64,000 nt of DNA from Hormiphora californensis (lineage: Eukaryota; Animalia; Ctenophora). The stretch is taken from assembly GCA_020137815.1 (NCBI GenBank), contig CM035353.1, positions 7,874,001 through 7,938,000 of the forward strand, written 5' to 3'. The notes under the pieces were generated by a model. That model ran no database searches. It was not told where the DNA came from and saw only the letters and a program-made list of their open reading frames with translations. Shown here one piece after another: positions 51,785-62,557 of this stretch; the stretch's first letter is position 1, and each line of letters opens with the position of its first letter. Position numbers and translations under genes: made by a program.

Positions 51785-54700
51785 AGTAGTATAGTGCGGA
51801 CAGTTGGGACCTATTTTAGCCTCCTAAGCGGGCCCACCATTTTGTATGTGCATGTCACGTGACTTCTGATCACCAAAATTATGCGGCGCTGGCAAGAGTT
51901 GTTCACTAGAATATCGGGAGCGCCGGCAAGGGCCTTGGAATTTATTTTGGCGCTGACAAGGGCCCACATTCGCGATTGGGATTTCTGTATGATGTCAATT
52001 TTTGTTTGGGATTTCTGTGTGATCTCACCCCCTATCACATTACACTCCTGCCACAATGCATATAACTTCTCTCTCTTTTCTCGTGCTGGTGTTCTGATAC
52101 AAATAATAGAATACTCCAGAGTTCCCCCAATATTCATCTAATGTTCTTTTGTTATTCTTATCGTTCTTTTGGTATTCCAGTGACTTTTCATTAGAAAGGA
52201 ACGAGCCGGGAACGGTGATGAAAATTACAAAAGAACAGCATCGGAACGGTTTTTTGTTAGATAAGAAAAGTTGGAAAATACAAAAGAACAGTGGAAATTA
52301 GAACGGAACAACAGCGGAACGACGGCGGAACAGTAAAATGTTGCAAAATGTTTCGTAAACGAAAACATAACAACTTTGTGTCTATAACAAATTAAGAGAC
52401 AGGTTTTTCTCGAGACAAATTAATGAAATAAATAAAATGCTAGCAGTTATATCAAAATTGAATCTTCATTATATCAAATCTAATGCAGACCACAGCTTCG
52501 ACTTTCCATGCTGTAGATGGGCGTGAACTCCTTGCTATTTCTAGCAGATCTTCCCGTTCTATATTTTCTTTTACTTTTTTCACGTCTTCTCGCCCAGAAA
52601 TTAATTGAGCAGTCTCAAAAAACCATTGTATTATTAGAAGGGTGATAAAATTTAACTTCACCAGTAAGTTTGTTTGTCATAAAAAATCCGAATGCGACAT
52701 TCAGTTTTATATCATTCTGATAGTTTTCCAAGACTTTATCTAGTTTACCAAAAATTCCATCAGTGGGTGACAGTGGGAAAATGATAAATATCTTTTAGTT
52801 TGCCTTTTGTAGTACGCTGACGAATAGTTGACCAATTTTTCCGGTACAACTCCCACAACTTGACGGGCACAGTATCTAGAAACGCGTCCATGATTCTTAT
52901 GGTAGCAATTATGGTAACCACCGGTTTATATAGCCAAAGATATGTTCTACTTCAATTATCGACGGGTCATAGCACTGTTATTCCCAGTGTTCTTTTGGTA
53001 TTCCAGTGACTTTTCATGAGAAAGGAACGAGACGGGAACAGTGAAAACTACAAAGAACAGCAACGGAATGTTTTTTCGTTAGAAAGGAAAAGTGGGAAAA
53101 TACAAAAGAACAGTGGATATTAGAACGGAACAACAGCGGAACGACAGCGGAACGACAGCGGAACAGTGAAATATTGTAAACTGTTGCAAAATGTTTGATT
53201 CACTGGAACAATAAAACCTACTTTGTTTTTGATTTGTAAAACAAATAAAAAGACCTTTTTTCAAAAAAAAAGAAATATAATTAACTATACATTTAAACTT
53301 TCATTTTCTAAATCTCTTAAAAGCAACAGCGTTTTTCAACAACTTGGAAAATATTTGCAAACTCTTTAGAATATTTTAAAAATAATTTTTTGATTTCTTC
53401 AACGCTCTTTTTGTCAACTAATTAATCAATTTTCGTTCTTTTTCATTTAATCTCTTTCGCTGAAAAAACAACAAGTGGAATTACACCATACTTTAGACCA
53501 GTACACAACGTTTTTAATAGCTTGTAAAAGTTGGTTACTACGTGAAACCTTGACAAATTTCTTTGAAGCAAACAATCGACTGAGTTCTAGAAAGTCAGCA
53601 ATATTTTTGGAGTTAATTATTGAATCGGAAACTCGTTAAAGGTACTGTCCTTAAAATTTGTTATAAACTCATCGAGTTGCTTTTCAAATAACCGAATGCG
53701 ACTCAAATGTTGTTTTGATTCCGTCAGCTTTGTTTTGTACCAACGTTCAACACTTGCGAGCGTGCTGATCTCGCACATGATACAATTCCTTGTAATTTAG
53801 TTCAGGCTTTTTCACAACTTTAGTAAGTGTTGATACTGTGGTGAAGGGTTTTCCGAATCTTTATCGCTGATATCTGCAGAGGTGTCATCTATTGGATAAT
53901 CCTCATCTATCTGTAGTTCTTTGGTATCCATACCTTCATTAATCGTAGGCTTTTTGTGGTAGAGGTCTTTATGTTCAAGGAGTTGATAAATGAAGGGGAA
54001 CGATTGGTCACACAAGTCACAAGCTACCATTTGTAAAGAAATGAAGATAGTTGTCCCTTATATACCCATGGCATGACATCGAAAGAAAACTAGTTACTGC
54101 AGTTAGGACATTTATTTTCATAGGTTTCCGGAAACAGCTTGTTCGTAATATTATCAAACATTTCTGGGTTCTGGTTTAGCATTTCACGAATTTCAGTTAA
54201 TGAGTTTGATTCCTTAATGGCGTCCACAAGAAGTTTCTCGCGATCTGTTAGATTCAGCTTTGCTGATATCAGCGTCAATAAGATCGTGCTTGAAAGCAAA
54301 AGGCAGTGTAGCAAGCATTGGTATGTATTTTCTCGGGTCCGAAGATTCGCTATCAGATTGAGATATATCTGAGTCAGATTCTGGATCTGAAATATCACCT
54401 AAGCCCATTTTCTTAGACGATTCGTGACGCGTAATAGATCTTGACATGACTAGAAATGAGTTGCACGCAATAAGCAATCTCTTTTATAGTTCCGAACTAC
54501 CTATTTTACTGTTCTGGTGCTGTTCCGGTGTTGTTCCAGTGTATCACAAACCGTTCCGTTGTTGTTCTTTTGTAATTTTCACTGTTTCCATTTCGTTCCT
54601 TTTTAATGAAAAGTCACCGGAACACAATAGAACACTACAAATGATAAAGTAACGACAAAATCATTTTCAGAACACCTGTGTAAAAATACGTTTCCTAGTT

Positions 54701-54875
54701 TATGTGTATATACTGCATGTTTTCGTTTATGAAACATTTTGCAACATTTTACTGTTCCGCCGTCGTTCCGCTGTTGTTCCGTTCTAATTTCCACTGTTCT
54801 TTTGTATTTTCCAACTTTTCTATCTAACAAAAAACCGTTCCGATGCTGTTCTTTTGTAATTTTCACGGTTCCCGG
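51785..54875. mobile_element. Mini-Polinton copy 1 (right TIR truncated, ORFs frameshifted)
   Basis: TCTGGA|AGTAGT start; collinear with 55548-58615. Confidence 0.8.
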
Positions 54876-54887
54876 ATTCAGAATGGA

Positions 54888-55547
54888 GATACTGCAGTTA
54901 ATTCATGCGGTACACATGGGACAGACTGCGATGAAAAGACTAGCGAGAGAATATGTATGGTACCCGGGGCTGGATAAAGATCTTGAAAAGATAGCAGCCG
55001 AGTGTGAGAAATGCATAGTAGTGAGCGACAGACCGGCAAAAGCAACTCCTCACCCGTGGACCCCGTCAACCAGGCCATGGGAGAGAATTCACATTGATTT
55101 CTGTCTATACGAAGGGTTTAATTGGCTGGTAGTTGTAGATAGTTTCACCAAATGGATCGAAGTTTTCAAGATGGGGAGCACCACTTCTGAGAAAACAATC
55201 AGTGTATTGAAAAGGTTGTTCTCAACATTTGGTATCCCGGAAGTAATTGTGAGTGATAATGGTACTCAGTTCACGTCACACGAGTTTGATCAATTTACGA
55301 GTAGTAATTGTATCAAACATGTTCGGTCAGCTCCCTACTCTCCCAAGTCAAATGGAGCTGCAGAAGCCGCGGTTGGCACGTTCAAGAAGGCAATGAAGAA
55401 AGCGTCCCATGTTCCCATTGATTTACGGGTATCACAGTTTTTGTTATACCAACACACCACGCCTGCTGCAGCAACCAACATAGCACCAGCATGCACAATG
55501 TTAGGGAGGAAGCTGAGAACCAGATTGTCGTTTATTAACCCTCTGGA
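54888..55547 (+). pseudogene. Duplicated Gypsy integrase core (clean reading frame)
   Basis: IHAVHMG...CEKC...PWERIHIDF...VDSFTKWIE...SDNGTQF...SNGAAE; duplicate of 51124-51784. Confidence 0.9.
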
Positions 55548-56210
55548 AGTAGTATAGTGCGGACAGTTGGGACCTATTTTAGCCTCCTAAGCGGCCCACC
55601 ATTTTGTATGTGCATGTCACGTGACTTCTGATCACCAAAATTATGCGGCGCTGGCAAGAGTTGTTCACTAGAATATCGGGAGCGCCGGCAAGGGCCTTGG
55701 AATTTATTTTGGCGCTGACAAGGGCCCACATTCGCGATTGGGATTTCTGTATGATGTCAATTTTTGTTTGGGATTTCTGTGTGATCTCACCCCTATCACA
55801 TTACACTCCTGCCACAATGCATATAACTTTCTCTCTCTTTTCTCGTGCTGGTGTTCTGATACAAATAATAGAATACTCCAGAGTTCCCCCAATATTCATC
55901 TAATGTTCTTTTGTTATTCTTATCGTTCTTTTGGTATTCCAGTGACTTTTCATTAGAAAGGAACGAGCCGGGAACGGTGAAAATTACAAAAGAACAGCAT
56001 CGGAACGGTTTTTTGTTAGATAAGAAAAGTTGGAAAATACAAAAGAACAGTGGAAATTAGAACGGAACAACAGCGGAACGACGGCGGAACAGTAAAATGT
56101 TGCAAAATGTTTCGTAAACGAAAACATAACAACTTTGTGTCTATAAACAAATTAAGAGACAGGTTTTTCTCGAGACAAATTAATGAATAAATAAAATGCT
56201 AGCAGTTATA

Positions 56211-56648
56211 TCAAAATTGAATCTTCATTATATCAAATCTAATGCAGACCACAGCTTCGACTTTCCATGCTGTAGATGGGCGTGAACTCCTTGCTATTTC
56301 TAGCAGATCTTCCCGTTCTATATTTTCTTTTACTTTTTTCACGTCTTCTCGCCCAGAAATTAATTGAGCAGTCTCAAAAACCATTGTATTATTAGAAGGG
56401 TGATAAAATTTAACTTCACCAGTAAGTTTGTTTGTCATAAAAAATCCGAATGCGACATTCAGTTTTATATCATTCTGATAGTTTTCCAAGACTTTATCTA
56501 GTTTACCAAAAATTCCATCAGTGGGTGACAGTGGAAAATGATAAATATCTTTTAGTTTGCCTTTTGTAGTACGCTGACGAATAGTTGACCAATTTTTCCG
56601 GTACAACTCCCAAAACTTGACGGGCACAGTATCTAGAAACGCGTCCAT
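56211..56648 (-). CDS. 145-aa protein resembling a Polinton/Adintovirus-associated domain
   Basis: Intact ORF, TATATAAA about 35 bp upstream; KLNVAFGF..TGEVKFYHPSNN..DLLE..RPSTAWKV pattern recalled from domains upstream of Maverick pPolB (unverified). Confidence 0.7.
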   Translation of the reverse strand: MDAFLDTVPVKFWELYRKNWSTIRQRTTKGKLKDIYHFPLSPTDGIFGKLDKVLENYQNDIKLNVAFGFFMTNKLTGEVKFYHPSNNTMVFETAQLISGREDVKKVKENIEREDLLEIARSSRPSTAWKVEAVVCIRFDIMKIQF

Positions 56649-57030
56649 GATTCTTATGGTAGCAATTATGGTAACACCGGTTTATATAGCCAAAGATATG
56701 TTCTACTTCAATTATCGACGGGTCATAGCACTGTTATTCCCAGTGTTCTTTTGGTATTCCAGTGACTTTTCATGAGAAAGGAACGAGACGGGAACAGTGA
56801 AAACTACAAAAGAACAGCAACGGAATGTTTTTTTCGTTAGAAAGGAAAAGTTGGAAAATACAAAAGAACAGTGGATATTAGAACGGAACAACAGCGGAAC
56901 GACAGCGGAACAGTGAAATATTGTAAACTGTTGCAAAATGTTTGATTCACTGGAACAATAAAACCTACTTTGTTTTTGGTTTGTAAAACAAATAAAAAGA
57001 CCTTTTTTCAAAAAAAAGAAATATAATTAA

Positions 57031-57777
57031 CTATACATTTAAACTTTCATTTTCTAAATCTCTTAAAAGCAACAGCGTTTTTTCAACAACTTGGAAAATA
57101 TTTGCAAACTCTTTAGAATATTTTAAAAATAATTTTTTGATTTCTTCAACGCTCTTTTTGTCAACTAATTTAATCAATTTTCGTTCTTTTTCATTTAATC
57201 TCTTTCGCTGAAAAACAACAAGTGGAATTACACCATACTTTAGACCAGTACACAACGTTTTAATAGCTTGTAAAAGTTGGTTACTACGTGAAACCTTGAC
57301 AAATTTCTTTGAAGCAAACAATCGACTGAGTTCTAGAAAGTCAGCAATATTTTTGGAGTTAATTATTGAATCGGAAAACTCGTTAAAGGTACTGTCCTTA
57401 AAATTTGTTATAAACTCATCGAGTTGCTTTTCAAATAACCGAATGCGACTCAAATGTTGTTTTGATTCCGTCAGCTTTGTTTTGTACAAACGTTCAAACT
57501 TGCGAGCGTGCTGATCTCGCACATGATACAATTCCTTGTAATTTAGTTCAGGCTTTTTCACAACTTTAGTAAGTGTTGATACTGTTGGTGAAGGGTTTTC
57601 CGAATCTTTATCGCTGATATCTGCAGAGGTGTCATCTATTGGATAATCCTCATCTATCTGTAGTTCTTTGGTATCCATACCTTCATTAATCGTAGGCTTT
57701 TTGTGGTAGAGGTCTTTATGTTCAAGGAGTTGATAAATGAAGGGGAACGATTGGTCACACAAGTCACAAGCTACCAT
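57031..57777 (-). CDS. 248-aa protein with an N-terminal C2H2 zinc finger, acidic linker and helical C-terminus
   Basis: CDLC-x3-F-x5-L-x2-H-x4-H at the N-terminus; TATATAA about 30 bp upstream; long ORF in AT-rich DNA. Confidence 0.8.
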   Translation of the reverse strand: MVACDLCDQSFPFIYQLLEHKDLYHKKPTINEGMDTKELQIDEDYPIDDTSADISDKDSENPSPTVSTLTKVVKKPELNYKELYHVRDQHARKFERLYKTKLTESKQHLSRIRLFEKQLDEFITNFKDSTFNEFSDSIINSKNIADFLELSRLFASKKFVKVSRSNQLLQAIKTLCTGLKYGVIPLVVFQRKRLNEKERKLIKLVDKKSVEEIKKLFLKYSKEFANIFQVVEKTLLLLRDLENESLNV

Positions 57778-57835
57778 TTGTAAAGAAATGAAGATAGTTG
57801 TCCCTTATATACCCATGGCATGACATCGAAAGAAA

Positions 57836-58189
57836 CTAGTTACTGCAGTTAGGACATTTATTTTCATAGGTTTCCGGAAACAGCTTGTTCGTAATATTAT
57901 CAAACATTTCTGGGTTCTGGTTTAGCATTTCACGAATTTCAGTTAATGAGTTTGATTCCTTAATGGCGTCCACAAGAAGTTTCTCGCGATCTGTTAGATC
58001 AGCTTTGCTGATATCAGCGTCAATAAGATCGTGCTTGAAAGCAAAGCAGTGTAGCAAGCATTGGTATGTATTTTCTCGGTCCGAAGATTCGCTATCAGAT
58101 TGAGATATATCTGAGTCAGATTCTGGATCTGAAATATCACCTAAGCCCATTTTCTTAGACGATTCGTGACGCGTAATAGATCTTGACAT
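57836..58189 (-). CDS. About 117-aa acidic Ser/Asp-rich protein ending in CxxC
   Basis: ATG at 58189 with TATAAAA about 35 bp upstream; SDPESDSDISQSDSESSD tract; ends CPNCSN. Confidence 0.6.
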   Translation of the reverse strand: MSRSITRHESSKKMGLGDISDPESDSDISQSDSESSDRENTYQCLLHCFAFKHDLIDADISKADLTDREKLLVDAIKESNSLTEIREMLNQNPEMFDNITNKLFPETYENKCPNCSN

Positions 58190-59044
58190 GACTAGAAATG
58201 AGTTGCACGCAATAAGCAATCTCTTTTATAGTTCCGAACTACCTATTTTACTGTTCTGGTGCTGTTCCGGTGTTGTTCCAGTGTATCACAAACCGTTCCG
58301 TTGTTGTTCTTTTGTAATTTTCACTGTTTCCATTTCGTTCCTTTTTAATGAAAAGTCACCGGAACACAATAGAACACTACAAATGATAAAGTAACGACAA
58401 AATCATTTTCAGAACACCTGTGTAAAAATACGTTTCCTAGTTTATGTGTATATACTGCATGTTTTCGTTTATGAAACATTTTGCAACATTTTACTGTTCC
58501 GCCGTCGTTCCGCTGTTGTTCCGTTCTAATTTCCACTGTTCTTTTGTATTTTCCAACTTTTCTTATCTAACAAAAAACCGTTCCGATGCTGTTCTTTTGT
58601 AATTTTCACCGTTCCCGGCTCGTTCCTTTCTAATGAAAAGTCACTGGAATACCAAAAGAACGATAAGAATAACAAAAGAACATTAGATGAATATTGGGGG
58701 AACTCTGGAGTATTCTATTATTTGTATCAGAACACCAGCACGAGAAAAGAGAGAGAAAGTTATATGCATTGTGGCAGGAGTGTAATGTGATAGGGGTGAG
58801 ATCACACAGAAATCCCAAACAAAAATTGACATCATACAGAAATCCCAATCGCGAATGTGGGCCCTTGTCAGCGCCAAAATAAATTCCAAGGCCCTTGCCG
58901 GCGCTCCCGATATTCTAGTGAACAACTCTTGCCAGCGCCGCATAATTTTGGTGATCAGAAGTCACGTGACATGCACATACAAAATGGTGGGCCGCTTAGG
59001 AGGCTAAAATAGGTCCCAACTGTCCGCACTATACTACTTCTGGA

Positions 59045-59387
59045 CCAGTTACCGGCAGGAAGACTAGTTTCTCGCCGAGAACTAGAGATTGGGGACACTG
59101 TCAAAGCAGACGTGAGAGGCAAGTGGGTTAGCGGTGTGATTAGAGAGAAGGTTGGGCAAGTGATGTATCGGGTAAAGATTGGTAAGAAATTGAAAATTAA
59201 GCACATCGATCAACTCATCACAGCACCACCGTCTTCTAATAGCGAGGGAGAAGGGGAAGAGAGTGACACTGAGTGGGGTGAGTTACCGGATATTCCAAAC
59301 CATGCTCCTACACAAACACCAACAAACACTCATGTGAGAAAGTCTGTAAGAGAGACGAGACCGCCAGATCGGTTTCAAGCTGGGTGA
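59045..59387 (+). pseudogene. Gypsy integrase C-terminus, separated by the insertion
   Basis: IGDTV...KWVSGVI...MYRVK...HIDQL...RKSVRETRPPDRF-stop. Confidence 0.85.
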
Positions 59388-59602
59388 ATTTTAAAAGTAT
59401 TTATTCTCTGATTCTCTTTATAAAAGAGACTTTAAAAGTGTTTAGTTTTTTTAGACAATTTAAACCAGGAAATTTTAATTGTTAACTCGTGTGTTGTTTT
59501 TTATTTGTAACTTGTTTAACAATTTAACGGTGTGCTAGAGTGACGTAATGAGAGCCGTAGTATATGTATGATGTATTGCGCGAACCTAAATGTAGTGAGA
59601 GG

Positions 59603-59841
59603 ATGAGGCGGTCAGCGCGGTCTGAAGCAGTTTAGACCGCGCGCGCACGCCGCGCTCAAGTGCCTGACTTGAGCAGAGTGATTTTATATGATTTAACATT
59701 GTAACTGATTTATGATAATCTTCACTTCTTGATAGAAACAAAACAATGAGTTTTAGCTGATCCTCGAACAATCAAAGTTAGCAATCAAAGATATCTAAGT
59801 TAACCACCCATTCATCTATTTAGGACCTCTAGGTCGTAACA
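59603..59841 (+). repeat. 3' LTR (portion shared with the 5' LTR)
   Basis: Ends GGTCGTAACA; visibly diverged from the 5' LTR. Confidence 0.85.
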
Positions 59842-61242
59842 ATGTATTAACAAAACTTAATGATGTTTGATATTGATTGATCGAATATTTTAGCCTGAAA
59901 CTTGGAAAAAGTAAAAAAATGTGACTTTTTGACCGTGGGAATTGTTACCAATATTTGAAATCGCCCTTACAGCAAGTGGTGGCTTACGAAAAATGATGAC
60001 CAGATCCATGACCGGTAAACGCCCCCAGCCTGTCCATAGCATTTCTAGAAGTTCCACCCCATCGTTGCGAAATTTACAATTTGACGGCAGAGATTGAAGA
60101 AGCTCTGAGGGAACGAGAAAGGGAACTTGCCCGAGAAAGGCTCCAATCACGAGAAAGAAGTTCTGAAAGCAGCGATGCGGTTTCTGCAGCCCCCGAAACA
60201 GGCCCAGATATATATGTGATTATATTACATTTACATTTACAACCTGCCTTACCAACTGAGAAAGTGGCAGAACCCCAGCTTGAACGTGTCCTTTCCGAGA
60301 CTTCGAATCTACCGGTTCGACCAAATCTTGCACAAAATACTTTGTTACTTTATTCTCATTACACATATAAATTTTTGCACACATTAATTAAACTCATCTT
60401 TTGAACTACATATGTATATCAGTTTCATGTCAATATTTATCCAAATCTTTTTACTACAATGTACGGCTTTAAATGTTCTGAGCTTTATCAACATCTTCTT
60501 TAACAATTGTTTTTTAACTTTTTTATTAATCATTTTGCTCATACTTTTATTGATATCATCTTTTAATCATTGTCATCTTTTTAGAGCATCTTTTTAGGTA
60601 CTTTTGTAATCATGACTGAAGAAGTTGTAGTCATCCTCTAGATACGGTGTATTAGATAAGAAATTATAGTGACTATATTTATACGTCTAGCGTGTAATTA
60701 TCAAGACCGACCACTTGGCCGCTACGATATATGTTGGTCTGCAGTGCAACTCTACGCTAATCAGATTATATACCATATCCTGGTGGTGCCTCAAGATGAT
60801 AAAGTTGCTTACTACTACTACTACTGCAGTCTTTACTCGGTTGTTATACACTCGTGGATCTTGGGTTTGGATCTTGGATCACGTCGTCATCACAGAAGGA
60901 GGTACAATTAAGGTTAATTGATGATCAATGATGGAGTGAGAAGTTGTTGCTGCTTTTGAATTGCGTGTATAAATATATCCTTTCCTGTCGTGTGGGTGTT
61001 TGCATATATATATCAGTGTATTTTTGTGTGATTTTGTGATCTGTTATGGAAGATCAGGTTAGTGGAGGAATAACGGTGTCTTTCCCTCTATTACCCAATT
61101 CTCTCTTTCAATCTCTTGTGCAAGAGATAATCTGATGATCAACGTCCCCCCAAATCCTCCTTTAGTGGACCTCCCCTTCCCCTATATCACGTCTGTGTGT
61201 TACTGCCATACAGACCACTGCAGGTACATCTCCGTTACTGAA

Positions 61243-61511
61243 CCTCCCCCTCGCCCTCACCCCCTACCATTCTAGGTATACCAGTACCTCCCCCTCGCCC
61301 TACCCCCTACCATTATAGGTATACCAGTACCTCCCCCTCGCCCTCACCCCCTACCATTATAGGTATACCAGTACCCACCCCCCCCCCCTCGCCTCACCCC
61401 CTACCATTATAGGTATACCAGTACCCCCCCCTCGCCTCACCCCCTACCATTATAGGTATACCAGTACCTCCCCCTCACCCTCACCCCCTACCATTATAGG
61501 TATACCAGTAC
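61243..61511. repeat. 44-bp tandem repeat x6
   Basis: CCTCCCCCTCGCCCTCACCCCCTACCATTATAGGTATACCAGTA. Confidence 0.9.
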
Positions 61512-62557
61512 CGGTTCCAGGGGACCTCCCACAGACAATACAGACCCGGGGATACCGTTACCTTCACACCAGCTGTAAAACCTCAATCACCCATAACAGG
61601 AGCTGCAGGTAGGTTTGTTTGTTTTATATTGATCTGTCAGCTGGATTACATTTCTTGTGAACTCCCCTCCTCCTTTAGTCCATTATTGGTTGCTGTATAA
61701 TTGTAGGCCCTGGGCCAGCATGATGACTTAACAATGTAATGATGAATGATGAAAAAGAATGAGCTCTTTTTTTTTCAGATAGACCCCATGCTGCAAAACA
61801 CTATTTCACAATCTAGACCCCTGACAAACAAAACCATTGTATTGCATATAATACTTTGGGTGCAGGTGTAAAAATAGCATTAGAAACAAGCAGTTTGAGA
61901 GAAGTGGGGATATCATAAAAATAGAGCGGGTTTGGGGTTAGGTAATTCAAAACAACCCACTTCCTATTAATAACACATGGCGGGAACAGAGCGGCGAATT
62001 ATAACCAATGCATGATACCAATTCCTTCCACTGTAGCTGTTATACTATTAATAACAGCTGCAGTGGATTGAAGTGGACTGATGTTGTGATAACTTGTACC
62101 CGGATGAGGACCGCATGTTGTGGATCAATTCAATAATGCGCGCCAAATGCTAACAACATGTGCCTCTCATTTGAAAGCAGATTGCCGCGCGCAACACGAC
62201 CAATTCATAACCAACATCGAGTTGTTTTGTTCAAACCCAAACAGGGTCGAGCAAGGCAAACAGCAAATACGAGCGGTTGAGGGGGTACAACTAGTTATGA
62301 AAATAGTATTCAAGTAATCGAGTTTGGAAAGGTTAACAGGAAGAGTGGCAGCTAGAATAGAGGAACAGTATAACGAGTTGCCTTGCCTCGACATAATAAC
62401 AAATAACGGGATGTCTGAGACAGACTTGATAGTGTGAGAGAGTGTTATTTATATATTCATAAGTTGCCAAACAAGAAGATGGAAACACGATGGTGAATTG
62501 GCGGGACGGATTGAAGCTGAGAAAATCGGAGATAAACAACAAAATAGCAGAGATTAC

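Larger units (their letters stand above)
55548..59038. mobile_element. Complete non-autonomous Polinton/Maverick-like element, 3491 bp
   Basis: TCTGGA|AGTAGTATAGTG...CACTATACTACT|TCTGGA; TIRs about 55548-56127 and 58459-59038; removing it restores the integrase frame (INP-LD-QL). Confidence 0.85.
47941..59841 (+). mobile_element. Ty3/Gypsy LTR retrotransposon (Mag-like), interrupted in integrase
   Basis: Two LTRs, PBS, gag-PR-RT-RH-IN order; LTR 5' boundary and TSD are ambiguous. Confidence 0.9.
46258..59966. mobile_element. Non-autonomous TIR element (GGG termini, 4-bp TSD; Sola2-like) hosting the Gypsy insertion
   Basis: TTAC|GGGCGATTTCAAA...TTTGAAATCGCCC|TTAC; AT-rich body with many AGGCTAA/TTAGCCT motifs on both sides of the Gypsy; internal ~300-bp direct repeat at 46700-47280. 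Confidence 0.65.

Noticed and set aside
54739-55557. 272-aa ORF as a novel fusion protein
   Set aside because: The N-terminus is read-through of TIR sequence across the duplication junction into Gypsy integrase
55643-55956. ORFs of 62-108 aa inside the Polinton TIRs
   Set aside because: They recur only because the TIR is repeated; overlapping frames, no motifs, and they differ between copies
59038-59044. Alternative 4-bp (CTGG) TSD reading of the insertion
   Set aside because: The maximal direct repeat is 6 bp (TCTGGA) and leaves canonical AGTAGT/ACTACT ends
61243-61511. 44-bp repeat as CRISPR or coding repeat
   Set aside because: Pure tandem array without spacers; unit length is not a multiple of three
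60081-62550. Possible spliced host gene (donor-like CAG|GTTAGT near 61057 and CAG|GTAGGT near 61607, short ORFs)
   Set aside because: No recognisable domain or consistent exon chain can be supported without RNA data
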